Shown here: in pieces, positions 48,019 through 60,196 of the stretch
Position numbering within the stretch: the stretch's first letter is position 1
Layout: each line of letters opens with the position of its first letter
Source of the DNA: Sulfuricurvum sp.
GTDB taxonomy: Bacteria > Campylobacterota > Campylobacteria > Campylobacterales > Sulfurimonadaceae
Reading direction: 5' to 3'
Length of the DNA stretch: 64,000 nt
Assembly: GCF_030691015.1 (NCBI RefSeq)
Contig: NZ_JAUYFF010000013.1
Span: 4,638 to 68,637 of the forward strand
Translations under genes and position numbers: made by a program
Notes under the pieces: model-generated
Databases searched by the model: none
The model's input: only the letters and a program-made list of their open reading frames with translations
What the model was told of the DNA's origin: nothing

Positions 48019-49014
48019 TTGTTCGTGTCCCTAAAATTACCCTTTTCTTCTTTACTCCTCCTTTTCATCTCTACGTATGCGCACGCTTACGAATTGGGTC
48101 GCGGGGCACAAATAAACGATCATATCAATGTAGGCGGATATTTTTCGAGCGAATTTGAAGCAGGCCGAAGCGATGAGACCTTTACTCTCGATGACGTAGC
48201 CGTCATGGCCTATGGGGACATTAACCCTATGATTTCGTATTTAGCAGAGTTTGAAGCGGTCGGGTTTTACCACAAAAACCTCAGCGACGGGAGCGACGGG
48301 GGAAGCCAAAAGTTCCATGCCGAACGGCTATACGGTGATCTGTGGATGTCGGATGATTTTAATATCCGTTTCGGAAAACAAATCACCCCTATCGGATATT
48401 GGAACATGGAACCGATCAACGTATTACGCGATACGACCTCTAACCCCCTTTACAGCATGCTTCTTTTTCCAAAATTTCTAACCGGTATCGATATCAACGG
48501 CTATGTACCAAATACTGAAGGGTTGCGCTATCACCTTTTTGCCCAAAAAAATCATGATTTGGACGAAGAGTACATCAATATTCCCAACACCCATTTTTAC
48601 GGTTTTGCCGTTGAAAAAGAGTTTTCTATGGAGTGGAACGGCGGCGGAAGCGTAGGGGAATATATTACGAAAACCAACCAACGAACGCGTTTTCTTCAAG
48701 CGAATGTCAAATACGATGATACCAAGTGGCAACTCGTCAGTGAAGCGCTGCTTGCCAAAAGTGACTACAACAGCAGAGAAGACGATTATACCCTCTCAGG
48801 CTATGTGCAGGCAATGTATCATTATATGCCCGAACACGCTGTAGTCGGAAGAATTGAGCATTATAACGACCATTTCTCTGACTATAAAGATACTATCATC
48901 ACGTTGGGCTACAGCTATCGTCCCCTTTACCCCGTCTCTTTAAAAGGGGAATACCAATGGCATTCTCAGAATGAGGAGAATCGTGCACTCTTCTCTTTTT
49001 CGGTACTCTTCTGA
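48019..49014 (+). CDS. Outer-membrane beta-barrel (porin-like) protein
   Basis: Signal peptide ending AHA, alternating amphipathic strands, C-terminal FSFSVLF. Confidence 0.55.
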   Translation: MFVSLKLPFSSLLLLFISTYAHAYELGRGAQINDHINVGGYFSSEFEAGRSDETFTLDDVAVMAYGDINPMISYLAEFEAVGFYHKNLSDGSDGGSQKFHAERLYGDLWMSDDFNIRFGKQITPIGYWNMEPINVLRDTTSNPLYSMLLFPKFLTGIDINGYVPNTEGLRYHLFAQKNHDLDEEYINIPNTHFYGFAVEKEFSMEWNGGGSVGEYITKTNQRTRFLQANVKYDDTKWQLVSEALLAKSDYNSREDDYTLSGYVQAMYHYMPEHAVVGRIEHYNDHFSDYKDTIITLGYSYRPLYPVSLKGEYQWHSQNEENRALFSFSVLF

Positions 49015-49415
49015 TGAAAACCATTACGCTACTCCTTATTGCTGCCTCAGCCCTCTTTGGAGCACAATACAGTGTGATCATCTCAAAAAAAGCCGATGTG
49101 GGGGCATTATCCGCACAACAGATTCGGGATATTTTTTTACAGAAACGGCACTCTTTAGGAAATCAGAAAATCATTCCCCTCAATTTAGTCGGTCAAGAGG
49201 CTTCTCGAATCGCATTTGAGAATGACGTTTTAGGAATGGGGAGAGATCGGTTAAATGCCTACTGGGTCAAACAGCATTTCCAAGGGATTACCCCTCCGAT
49301 CACCCAGCCCTCCCATGAATCGATCAAAGCGTTTGTCCAAAATGTGGAAGGCTCTATCGGATATATCCCCTCTTCCATGGCCGATGGCAGCGTAAAGGTG
49401 ATCTATGAGTTTTAA
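49014..49415 (+). CDS. Small periplasmic PstS/PBP-like half-domain protein
   Basis: Signal peptide. LSAQQIRDIFLQK...GSIGYIPSS resembles one lobe of phosphate-binding proteins. Confidence 0.5.
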   Translation: MKTITLLLIAASALFGAQYSVIISKKADVGALSAQQIRDIFLQKRHSLGNQKIIPLNLVGQEASRIAFENDVLGMGRDRLNAYWVKQHFQGITPPITQPSHESIKAFVQNVEGSIGYIPSSMADGSVKVIYEF

Positions 49416-50919
49416 ACTTAAAACCATTCTCCTCTTTTTAGGGGTCAGCCTTATCCCCTATGCGTTGAGTATGATATTGCTGGGCAGCTCGTTTCGTCAA
49501 GAACAATATAATGCCGTTACGCAAGAGATGAATACCCAGCTAAGCCTTACGGTAGAGCGGATCGATCAGCATCTGCAAACCCTCCAAAACGATATGGCAT
49601 TTATTGCCAAATCAGAAGTTATGAACGATCTCTATACCCAAGATTTGGATCGTCGTATCAGTACCATGCTTCTCTCTAAAAAAAATGATATGAAGATGAG
49701 CGGTGATTTTTATGTCATAGACGTAAACCGTAAAATTATCGCGTCCAGTGACTTTAGCACTATTTCCAAAATCAAATCCATACAACCTTTTTTTGCAATC
49801 CCTATTCACTCAACCTTTACCCAAGAAAAAATTGCTGAACTCATCGTCACCTATCCGCTCGATAACTTCCAACCATTTTTTTCCAACTCTCCGCAGCGCC
49901 ATTATTATCTCAAGCATCGTAATGGAACCATCGCGCTTCGACCCAATGTTTTTGAAGAATCGCTCCAAGTCTCCCATCCGCTCAAACATCAGCCGGAACT
50001 AACCATTGTTTTGGAAGAGGAAAAAGGGTTCGCGTACCGATTGCTCTACAAATATGAACAATGGTTTATCGCGCTACTGATCGCAGGTGCCATTTTCATA
50101 GCCGCCGCTGCCTATTATATTGCTACGGGGCTTATCCGCCCCGTAATTGCCCTCTCCGATACGGCCAAAAAAATCACCCGCACTCAAGATTACACCCAGC
50201 AAGTTTCCGTTGATCGGGATGATGAGATCGGGCAGCTTTCCGATGCTTTCAATACGATGATCGGGGGGATGGATAAAGCATTGGATGAAATCACCACCCT
50301 AAATCATGAAATCGAAGATACTCAGCGGGAAGTCGTTTTTACAATGGGTTCCATCGGGGAGAGCCGTTCCAAAGAGACGGGAAATCACGTCAAAAGAGTG
50401 GCGGAATATTCCAAACTTCTTGCTCTGTATTACGGCCTTAATGAAGAAGATGCTGAGATGCTTAGACAAGCCTCCCCAATGCACGACATCGGAAAAGTAG
50501 CCATCCCCGATGCCGTTTTAAACAAGCCGGGGCGTTTTGATGAGGAAGAGCGGCGTATCATGGATACCCACGCCGAATTAGGGTATGAGATGCTCAAACA
50601 CTCCAACCGACCGCTCCTTAAAATGGCCGCGACGGTGGCGTATGAACATCACGAAAAATACAATGGAAGCGGGTATCCAAGAGGCTTGAGCGGTGAAGAG
50701 ATCCATATCTACGGCCGTATTACGGCATTGGCCGATGTGTTCGATGCACTGGGAAGTGATCGTGTCTATAAAAAAGCGTGGGATGATGAGCGGATTTTTA
50801 CCCTTTTTAGGGAAGAGCGCGGGGAACATTTCGATCCTAAACTGATCGATATCTTTTTTGAGCATTTGGATGAATTTCTCGCGATTCGTGAGACCTTTAA
50901 AGATACCCACGAATCTTAA
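49405..50919 (+). CDS. Periplasmic-sensor / HAMP / HD-GYP c-di-GMP phosphodiesterase
   Basis: Two TM flanking a ~200-aa periplasmic region. HAMP (RPVIALSDTAKKI...DEIGQLSDAFNTM). HD-GYP (HDIGKV, HHEKYNGSGYPRG). Confidence 0.85.
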   Translation: MSFKLKTILLFLGVSLIPYALSMILLGSSFRQEQYNAVTQEMNTQLSLTVERIDQHLQTLQNDMAFIAKSEVMNDLYTQDLDRRISTMLLSKKNDMKMSGDFYVIDVNRKIIASSDFSTISKIKSIQPFFAIPIHSTFTQEKIAELIVTYPLDNFQPFFSNSPQRHYYLKHRNGTIALRPNVFEESLQVSHPLKHQPELTIVLEEEKGFAYRLLYKYEQWFIALLIAGAIFIAAAAYYIATGLIRPVIALSDTAKKITRTQDYTQQVSVDRDDEIGQLSDAFNTMIGGMDKALDEITTLNHEIEDTQREVVFTMGSIGESRSKETGNHVKRVAEYSKLLALYYGLNEEDAEMLRQASPMHDIGKVAIPDAVLNKPGRFDEEERRIMDTHAELGYEMLKHSNRPLLKMAATVAYEHHEKYNGSGYPRGLSGEEIHIYGRITALADVFDALGSDRVYKKAWDDERIFTLFREERGEHFDPKLIDIFFEHLDEFLAIRETFKDTHES

Positions 50920-50944
50920 AGCAATTTTACTTTCTACTATAAAG

Positions 50945-53161
<2,217 letters not shown>

Positions 53162-53219
53162 TTATTGACAAAACTGATATCAAAGTAGCGCCGTTTTACT
53201 TAGTTGAATTTTAAGTATC

Positions 53220-53765
53220 TCAGTTCCCATTAATCATCCGCGATACCAAACCGCTTTGATCCTTCTTCTCTGCGAGGACAACCCCGATAATGTGGAGCGC
53301 GATAAAAGCAAAAATCGCCCATCCTAAAACCATATGAACCGTTTCAACATTCTCTTTTGCTTCACCCGTTATTTTGTAATAGAGCGCCAAACCGCTAAGC
53401 GACATAGTTGCCATCAAAACATATACCGCTCGATAAAGGAGATACACCTTTTGCATAGCAGGATTATCATCGAATCCGAATCCGTTTTTGACCACCATCG
53501 CCAATCGCCAGAGTAATAAAACGGCAACCGCAATCCCCAAATAAATGTGCCAATCCCACATCGGTGAACGGACTGCTTTACCGATCATTACTGCCTGATC
53601 ATCCGTGATAATGGTCCCCAACTCCGCCATTTTTGTTTGGACGATTGAGCCGATATTAGCCTTGTGCATGACACTTTCTCGCAGCACGACCGTAATAAAT
53701 AACCCAAATAGCGCAATGGCATTCAGCCAATGCCAGACCCTAAATGATGATGAAAATTTTCGCAT
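53220..53765 (-). CDS. Cytochrome b561 / Ni-Fe hydrogenase b-type cytochrome family membrane protein
   Basis: 181 aa, 4 TM. RVWHWLNA start motif and His residues in the helices (WDWHIYLG, HMVLGW, LHIIG). Confidence 0.7.
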   Translation of the reverse strand: MRKFSSSFRVWHWLNAIALFGLFITVVLRESVMHKANIGSIVQTKMAELGTIITDDQAVMIGKAVRSPMWDWHIYLGIAVAVLLLWRLAMVVKNGFGFDDNPAMQKVYLLYRAVYVLMATMSLSGLALYYKITGEAKENVETVHMVLGWAIFAFIALHIIGVVLAEKKDQSGLVSRMINGN

Positions 53766-53881
53766 AGAAACTCCTTGTATTTCAATACACCTATCTTACA
53801 CTAAAATAATATATCTTGTGTTAACTCTGCATCAACACCCTAAAAAAGATCAACTATACCCCAAAACGCTAAGACTCACTA

Positions 53882-53890
53882 TGGTATAAT
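53882..53890 (+). promoter_or_regulatory. Extended -10 promoter candidate for leuC
   Basis: TGgTATAAT at 53882-53890, 35 nt before the ATG at 53925. AAAAGG RBS. Confidence 0.5.
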
Positions 53891-53924
53891 CGCGTCATTA
53901 TTTAGACCTTAAAAGGTAATTCTT

Positions 53925-55193
53925 ATGCGCCAAACCATTACTGAAAAGATATTCTCCTCCCATGTCGGACGCAACGTTTATGCGGGTGAAATTGTCCGCT
54001 CGCCTATCGATATGGTTATCGGTAACGATATCACTACTCCTATTTCGATCAAAGCATTCGAAGACTCAGGTGCGACTAAACTTGCTAACCCTGAGGGGTT
54101 CTCGATCGTCCTCGATCACTTCATCCCCGCCAAAGATATCGCTTCAGCAAACCAAGCCCGTATCAGCCGTGATTTCGCTAAAAAATATCAGATGAAACAC
54201 TTTTTCGATGAAAAAGATATGGGGATTGAGCATGCATTGCTTCCTGAAAAAGGGCTTGTTATTCCGGGTGATGTCATCATCGGTGCCGATTCACATACCT
54301 GTACTCACGGTGCATTAGGGGCTTTTTCTACGGGAATGGGTTCGACCGATTTGGCATTTGCCATGATCACGGGGGGCAACTGGTTCAAAGTTCCTGAGTC
54401 AATCAAAGTTATATTGAGCGGTAAACCGGGCAAATATACTACGGGGAAAGATATTATTTTAGAGATTATCCGCATGATCGGGGTTGATGGTGCGCTGTAC
54501 CGTACCCTCGAATTTACCGGAAGCACGATCCCTTACCTCAGCATGGATGACCGATTCAGCATGTGTAACATGGCGATCGAAGCGGGGGCAAAAAGTGGGA
54601 TAGTCGCGTATGATGAGATCACGGCGGAGTTCCTCGCCGACAAACCGCTTGCTCGCGAACCAAAAATTTATCATTCTGATGACGATGCAACGTATGTTCA
54701 AATCCTCGAAATCGATGTGGCTAATCTCGAACCGGTTATCGCCTATCCGTTCTTACCGTCCAACGGCCACAGCCTCACTCAAGCCGTCTGTGATAACATC
54801 AAAATCGATCAGGCATTTATCGGAAGCTGTACCAATGGCCGTCTATCCGATCTCAAAATTGCCGCAGAGATTCTCAAAGGGAAACGGGTTCACCCTGATG
54901 TCCGTCTTATCGTCACACCGGGGACACAGAGAATCGTCCGTGAAGCGACCAAAGCGGGATATATCGACATCATAATCGATGCGGGGGGCGTTGTATCTAA
55001 CCCAACCTGCGGTGCGTGTTTGGGCGGATACATGGGAATTTTAGGAGACAATGAAGTAGCCGTCGCGACGACTAACCGTAACTTCGTCGGTCGTATGGGT
55101 TCACGCTCATCAAAAGTCTACCTTGCCAACTCTGCCGTAGCTGCCGCTTCAGCTATCACAGGCTATATCACCGATCCCGCAACGATACTATAA
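53925..55193 (+). CDS. leuC: 3-isopropylmalate dehydratase large subunit (aconitase-family, short LeuC type)
   Basis: GADSHTCTHGA, IGSCTNGR, NRNFVGRMG. Confidence 0.9.
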   Translation: MRQTITEKIFSSHVGRNVYAGEIVRSPIDMVIGNDITTPISIKAFEDSGATKLANPEGFSIVLDHFIPAKDIASANQARISRDFAKKYQMKHFFDEKDMGIEHALLPEKGLVIPGDVIIGADSHTCTHGALGAFSTGMGSTDLAFAMITGGNWFKVPESIKVILSGKPGKYTTGKDIILEIIRMIGVDGALYRTLEFTGSTIPYLSMDDRFSMCNMAIEAGAKSGIVAYDEITAEFLADKPLAREPKIYHSDDDATYVQILEIDVANLEPVIAYPFLPSNGHSLTQAVCDNIKIDQAFIGSCTNGRLSDLKIAAEILKGKRVHPDVRLIVTPGTQRIVREATKAGYIDIIIDAGGVVSNPTCGACLGGYMGILGDNEVAVATTNRNFVGRMGSRSSKVYLANSAVAAASAITGYITDPATIL

Positions 55194-55228
55194 ATTTCTC
55201 TTTTTTTTAGAGAGGAAAGGACGTTTTT

Positions 55229-56452
55229 ATGTCTTCTCTGGAATTTATAGGGCGGCAGCCTATTATAGATCATACAGGAGAACTGATCGCTTACGATTTG
55301 TTTTATGACATCTCGATCCATGAAGATAGTTCTAATATAGCTCCTTTGATCGCTTCGGTTATCAACACCTTCTGTATCCATAATGTGTTAGGGGATGTTC
55401 AGGGGTTTATCAAAATTGATGATACTTTTTTGATGAGCGGAATCATTTATTCGGTTCCAAAGCAGCTGTTTATCCTCTCATTACCCGATTCGATCACACT
55501 CAACCATGAAAGTTATGAACGGCTTGTCGAACTGCATGGATTAGGATATTGTTTTGCACTTCACGATATCTCCTATATTCAAGCCAAAACGTTAAAAAAA
55601 CTCTCCCCTCTTTTCCCTCTACTCAGCTATCTCAAGGTAGATATTAAAAACCTCTCTCAAGAGTATATGGCCAAACTCACAAAACTTCTCAACCCCTATT
55701 CTCTCAAAATGATTGCAACCGACGTCAATACCCAAGAAGAGTACGCTATCGCCAAATCGATAGGATTCCCCTATGTAGAGGGGTATTATTTCAGTGAACC
55801 GATTAGTGTTGAGCATCAGAGTGTCGACTCAAAACTGTTAACGGTAATCCGCCTTTATAATATGCTCACATCGAGTGCCACCACCACCGAAGAGCTTACT
55901 ATGACGTTTGAATCCAATCCCGAACTAACGATCCAACTGCTTCAATACATCAATTCCAGTGCCTTCTCTTTACGAATAAAAATATCTTCCATAGCTCAGG
56001 TGTTGATCCTATTGGGGAGAAAATCTCTCTCCCAATGGCTCCTTCTCTTAATGTACGGAAAACATATCAACCATTCCCCTACCCAATCGCTCCTGATGCA
56101 AATGGTCTCGCGAAGAACCGCACTGATGAAAGGATTTTATAAACTTCTCAATCCCCGTACAACATCCGATGCAATGGGAGAAGCTTTTTTTGTCGGAGTT
56201 ATGTCACTCGCAAGTGCTGTTATGTCGATGCCATTGCGTCTAATCCTCAAAGATATGCATCTCTCTGAAGAGGTGATGATAGCTTTACTCGAGCACAAAG
56301 GGGTACTTGGAGAGCTTTTAGAGACCGTTGAGGCGATAGAGCGGTTCAACATCGAAAAAATCCAAGCGTTTATCCATACTCACAATCTCTCATCGGCCGC
56401 AGTTTTGCAGTTGATTTCCACCACTGCCCTCTCGTCTCAAGAACTCGATTAA
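55229..56452 (+). CDS. EAL-like + HDOD domain signalling protein
   Basis: The N-terminal FIGRQPIIDHTGELIAYDLFY has the EAL-domain start, but EAL reads DLF. The C-terminal half is HDOD-like (IAQVLILLGRKSLSQWLLLLM). Confidence 0.65.
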   Translation: MSSLEFIGRQPIIDHTGELIAYDLFYDISIHEDSSNIAPLIASVINTFCIHNVLGDVQGFIKIDDTFLMSGIIYSVPKQLFILSLPDSITLNHESYERLVELHGLGYCFALHDISYIQAKTLKKLSPLFPLLSYLKVDIKNLSQEYMAKLTKLLNPYSLKMIATDVNTQEEYAIAKSIGFPYVEGYYFSEPISVEHQSVDSKLLTVIRLYNMLTSSATTTEELTMTFESNPELTIQLLQYINSSAFSLRIKISSIAQVLILLGRKSLSQWLLLLMYGKHINHSPTQSLLMQMVSRRTALMKGFYKLLNPRTTSDAMGEAFFVGVMSLASAVMSMPLRLILKDMHLSEEVMIALLEHKGVLGELLETVEAIERFNIEKIQAFIHTHNLSSAAVLQLISTTALSSQELD

Positions 56453-56461
56453 TCTCTATGT

Positions 56462-56470
56462 TGTTATAAT
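56462..56470 (+). promoter_or_regulatory. Extended -10 promoter candidate for the DUF2780-mobA-phosphoesterase operon
   Basis: TGtTATAAT at 56462-56470. GGAG RBS, then the ATG at 56498. Confidence 0.5.
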
Positions 56471-56497
56471 AGTCGTACTTTACTATCGGAGTTACCC

Positions 56498-56959
56498 ATG
56501 CGTTCACTCACCCTTACCGCTTTATTACTTTTAGTTTCCAATGCATCCGCGTTGGATTTTGGCTCACTTATGCAGAGTGTAACACCGGTAGCCCAAAGTG
56601 CGGCTCCCGCCGTGGATGCTTCACTCAGCTCAAACCCCCTCATCAAAAATCTCACGACCACATTAGGGGTCACTCCGACGCAGGCTATCGGAGGAACAGC
56701 CGCCATCATTAATGATGCGAAAGGAAATATGAGCCCAACTGACTTCACTTCCCTTACCAAGCAAGTACCGCAAGCAGGAACATTCTTAAATGCCGCTCCA
56801 GCAGGAATGCTCAGCCTTGGTAATGTAGGATCACAGTTCTCTTTCTTAGGAATGGACGCTTCGATGATCACCAAATTTTCCCCTTTGGTACTTGAATACC
56901 TCCAAAGCGGTGCAACCCCCGCCATGGATAAAATTCTCTCAGCGGCCTTCGCACAATAA
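56498..56959 (+). CDS. Secreted DUF2780-family protein
   Basis: Signal peptide. Two-repeat pattern LGVTPTQAIGGTAAIINDAKGNMSPTDF / QFSFLGMDASMITKFSPLVLEYL, as I recall for DUF2780. Confidence 0.6.
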   Translation: MRSLTLTALLLLVSNASALDFGSLMQSVTPVAQSAAPAVDASLSSNPLIKNLTTTLGVTPTQAIGGTAAIINDAKGNMSPTDFTSLTKQVPQAGTFLNAAPAGMLSLGNVGSQFSFLGMDASMITKFSPLVLEYLQSGATPAMDKILSAAFAQ

Positions 56960-57543
56960 TGATTACAACACCGTGCATCCTCTTTGCAGGGGGGAAAAGC
57001 TCCCGCATGGGAGAGGACAAATCACTTCTGCCTTTCGGAGGGTACCCGACCCTTACAGAATTTCAATATAACCGCTTAAAAACGATATTCTCCCATGTGT
57101 ATATCTCTGCCAAAAGTCGTGATAAATTTAATTTTGATGCCCCCTTTATCCTTGATCCTCCCAATGCCGATTATGCGCCAACAGCAGGATTCGTCAGTAT
57201 ATTTAGAGAACTAAAAGAGGAGAGAGTCATCGTCTTAAGTGTTGACACACCGTTTGTCGATGAGAGGGTACTTCAGGCATTGGTGGATGCTGATACGGAA
57301 AATTTGGCTGCGGTAATCGCCCGAACGAGTGAGGGGAGCCATCCCATGTGCGGACTCTATCACCGTTCATTGTTAGGAGAGTTTGAACGAATGCTAATCG
57401 AGGGAGATCACCGTCTGGGCAAACTACTCGCTGCTTCCAACACACTCTACCTTGATTTTAGTAATGATGAACTCTTTGCCAATCTAAACCATCCGCACGA
57501 ATATGAAGAGGCAAAAGTGCGTTTCAATGCACTAACAAAATGA
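56959..57543 (+). CDS. mobA: Molybdenum cofactor guanylyltransferase
   Basis: ILFAGGKSSRMGEDKSLL N-terminal motif, about 190 aa. Confidence 0.85.
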   Translation: MITTPCILFAGGKSSRMGEDKSLLPFGGYPTLTEFQYNRLKTIFSHVYISAKSRDKFNFDAPFILDPPNADYAPTAGFVSIFRELKEERVIVLSVDTPFVDERVLQALVDADTENLAAVIARTSEGSHPMCGLYHRSLLGEFERMLIEGDHRLGKLLAASNTLYLDFSNDELFANLNHPHEYEEAKVRFNALTK

Positions 57544-58649
57544 ATCCGCTCTTCCCACTGATTATAACCCTCTTTTTTTCGATGGTTCACTACCTTGGGT
57601 ATACGCGCATCGTTCGCCATTTGCATATAAAACCGCGCACCCGTACCGCACTCATGACTTTCCTGATCCTCAATATGGCGGGAATCATAGGCTATCTCTC
57701 AAGCCGTTATCTCCTCAGCCCGCCGAAACTCATTTATTTCATCCTCTCTCTGAGTATCGGTATCGGGTTTATCCTCTTTATGGGAATCATTCTATACGAA
57801 TTACTCCATCTATTGCAGCGGAATATCCCTTTTAACCCCGAAAAACGGATTTTTTTCAAACGTGCGACCGATATCGGATTTTTAGGCCTCGGAAGCGCTT
57901 ATCTGGGAGGCGGAATTATTGAGGGGTCCAAAGAACCTGTCGTAAAATTTGTCGATGTCAATCAAAACCGCTTCGGCGGAAAAACTTACCGAATCGTCCA
58001 AATTAGTGATATGCACATCGGCGGGTTGATTGATAGAGATTTTGTTGCCAAAAGTGTCTCTATGATCAATCACCTTAACCCCGATCTTATCGCCATAACA
58101 GGTGATTTATCCGATGCTCATATCGATGTTATCAAAGATGCTGTGGATGAACTGCGTCATCTCAAAAGCCGATACGGAACCTTTTATGTGGTAGGAAACC
58201 ATGAATATTTTCACTCATTGGAGACAACGGTTGCTTATGTGAAAACACTCGGAATCCATGTCTTGGAAAACAGCGCTTTAAAAATCGAAGATTTCTATAT
58301 TGTCGGAGTTTACGATCTTTTTGGCTTTCGTGCCCAAACCCATATCCCCGATATCGGGCATGCTTTTAAAAACATCCCCTCTGATGCACCTACACTCCTT
58401 TTAGTCCATCAGCCAAAGTATGTAGAATTTTTGGAAGGGTTCACCCCCTCATTGATTCTCAGCGGCCACACCCACGGAGGTCAAATTTGGCCATTTGACT
58501 CGGTGGTAAAATTAGTACAGCCTTACGTCAAAGGGATCTATCCCCTCGCTCCCAACCGCCATATTTATGTCAACAGCGGAATCGGCTTTTGGGGGCCTCC
58601 GATGAGACTGGGATCAGAAGCTGAAATTACCTGTATTTCGTGGTCGTAA
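57540..58649 (+). CDS. Membrane-anchored metallophosphoesterase (YkuE/YaeI-like)
   Basis: N-terminal TMs, then ISDMHIG, TGDLSD, GNHEY, GHTHGGQ. Confidence 0.85.
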   Translation: MNPLFPLIITLFFSMVHYLGYTRIVRHLHIKPRTRTALMTFLILNMAGIIGYLSSRYLLSPPKLIYFILSLSIGIGFILFMGIILYELLHLLQRNIPFNPEKRIFFKRATDIGFLGLGSAYLGGGIIEGSKEPVVKFVDVNQNRFGGKTYRIVQISDMHIGGLIDRDFVAKSVSMINHLNPDLIAITGDLSDAHIDVIKDAVDELRHLKSRYGTFYVVGNHEYFHSLETTVAYVKTLGIHVLENSALKIEDFYIVGVYDLFGFRAQTHIPDIGHAFKNIPSDAPTLLLVHQPKYVEFLEGFTPSLILSGHTHGGQIWPFDSVVKLVQPYVKGIYPLAPNRHIYVNSGIGFWGPPMRLGSEAEITCISWS

Positions 58650-58652
58650 AAC

Positions 58653-59534
58653 TTATTCTTCTACACTTTTAGCACAAGGTTCTTTCTCACTTTTTCGCAC
58701 CAAATAAATAAAGACCGCGAATACAAGGAGTAAAAATGCCAATGCCGCGATTAATGTCGAGGCATACGGCAAATCTTTATAATCGTGTAGCGCGATTTTA
58801 AAGACCACCAGCAGAGCTTCGATTAGCAGCGCGATAATAATCGATACTGAAAAGTTAAGAAGTGTTTTCGCATTAAACGCGTCGCTCACATGCTGTGTTC
58901 GAGGCAATACTTCCTGCTCAAAAATCGTTTTCCCCAAATCGTATACCGCAAGCCCTAGCGTCAGAGCAATGATCGGTTTAAATACCGTATCCATACTGAG
59001 AGGCTCGCTTCCGAATATATACCCTCCGAAGGTATAAAACCCGTACAACACGACAAAAATCCCGAAAAAGAGGAGTCCTCCCCCGATGACTGCATAGGAA
59101 GAACGGTTAATCCGCTTAAAAATATCGTTCTTCTCGATGAGATCAAACCTCTCCAATAAACTCCTCACTCGAAAATCCAAAAACAAGTACCCATCCGAAA
59201 CCGCATAAATAACCGTTATACATAAGTGTCCGGTCGCTGTTGAGATATACGGTTCACTGACGTGGTACCCTTTTTGAATTGCCACCTCATCAACCAGATA
59301 CGCCCGATCAACCCCCGCATGATGTGCCTCTTCGTGATCGGCATAAATATTGGGCGAATTTTGGACAAACCCTTCATCGCATTTATACACGAGTTCCAAA
59401 CTCGGAAATGTTTTATAAAGCCGTTCCGCAAGTTGTACGTTAAACGTTTTTAAACTGACTCTTCCCAAAGATGTAAGGATAAATTTCTCAATTAACGGGG
59501 CATTTGCGGCGTAACTTCGTACTAAATTTTGCAT
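58653..59534 (-). CDS. Hypothetical protein: N-terminal Cache/PDC-like domain + C-terminal 4-TM region
   Basis: SEPYISTATGHLCITVIYAV resembles a Cache-type ligand-binding strand. Hydrophobic C-terminal half. Confidence 0.35.
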   Translation of the reverse strand: MQNLVRSYAANAPLIEKFILTSLGRVSLKTFNVQLAERLYKTFPSLELVYKCDEGFVQNSPNIYADHEEAHHAGVDRAYLVDEVAIQKGYHVSEPYISTATGHLCITVIYAVSDGYLFLDFRVRSLLERFDLIEKNDIFKRINRSSYAVIGGGLLFFGIFVVLYGFYTFGGYIFGSEPLSMDTVFKPIIALTLGLAVYDLGKTIFEQEVLPRTQHVSDAFNAKTLLNFSVSIIIALLIEALLVVFKIALHDYKDLPYASTLIAALAFLLLVFAVFIYLVRKSEKEPCAKSVEE

Positions 59535-59693
59535 GGCCTCCCCCTCGACTTTATAGTTTAAAATGGAAAATAAACGAGTACTTTGGACTTACTCACTCTT
59601 TAGCGATCCCAAAGTCTCATGGCAAAACTATAGCCCAATTTTTATCATCATTATGATCATTTTTTAATCAAGTCTCGATTTACCTCTATGGGC

Positions 59694-59699
59694 TATAAT
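59694..59699 (+). promoter_or_regulatory. -10 box candidate for moaC
   Basis: TATAAT at 59694-59699, 26 nt before the ATG at 59726. Confidence 0.4.
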
Positions 59700-59725
59700 T
59701 ATAAAAAGACTATTAGGGTACCTAC

Positions 59726-60196
59726 ATGAATTTAACCCATCTCGATGAGCGTGATCGTCCAAAAATGGTCGATGTCTCGGATAAAACCACAACGTTGCGT
59801 ATTGCAGTCGCCAGCGGACTCATCACCATGAGTCAAGATGCGTATGATGCTGTCGTCAATCAAACCGCTAAAAAAGGGCCTGTTCTCCAAACGGCCGTAA
59901 TAGCCGCCATAATGGGAACAAAAAAGACCTCAGACATCATTCCGATGTGCCACCCTCTAGGTCTCAGCGGTGTCAACTGTGACATTGACGAGCTTCCTGA
60001 CTTACCTGGGTTCCGCCTTAGTGTCACCGCAAAACTAAGCGGACAGACAGGGGTCGAGATGGAAGCACTGACCGGCACAAGCATAGGATTGCTCACCATC
60101 TATGATATGCTCAAAGCGATCGATAAAGGGATGGTGATCGGTCCTATTCAGCTTGAAACCAAATCAGGAGGTAAAAGTGGTAATTATCAACGATGA
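59726..60196 (+). CDS. moaC: Cyclic pyranopterin monophosphate synthase
   Basis: [38 protein letters not shown]. Confidence 0.93.
   Translation: MNLTHLDERDRPKMVDVSDKTTTLRIAVASGLITMSQDAYDAVVNQTAKKGPVLQTAVIAAIMGTKKTSDIIPMCHPLGLSGVNCDIDELPDLPGFRLSVTAKLSGQTGVEMEALTGTSIGLLTIYDMLKAIDKGMVIGPIQLETKSGGKSGNYQR

Noticed and set aside
56464-56925. A 153-aa minus-strand ORF, the same length as the + strand ORF 56498-56959.
   Set aside because: The + strand product has a signal peptide, DUF2780-like repeats, an RBS, an extended -10 upstream and coupling to mobA. The minus product has none of these.
59535-59725. A Moco riboswitch upstream of moaC.
   Set aside because: I could find no GC-rich conserved stems typical of the Moco RNA motif. 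Only the 9-bp inverted repeat, reported separately, stands out.
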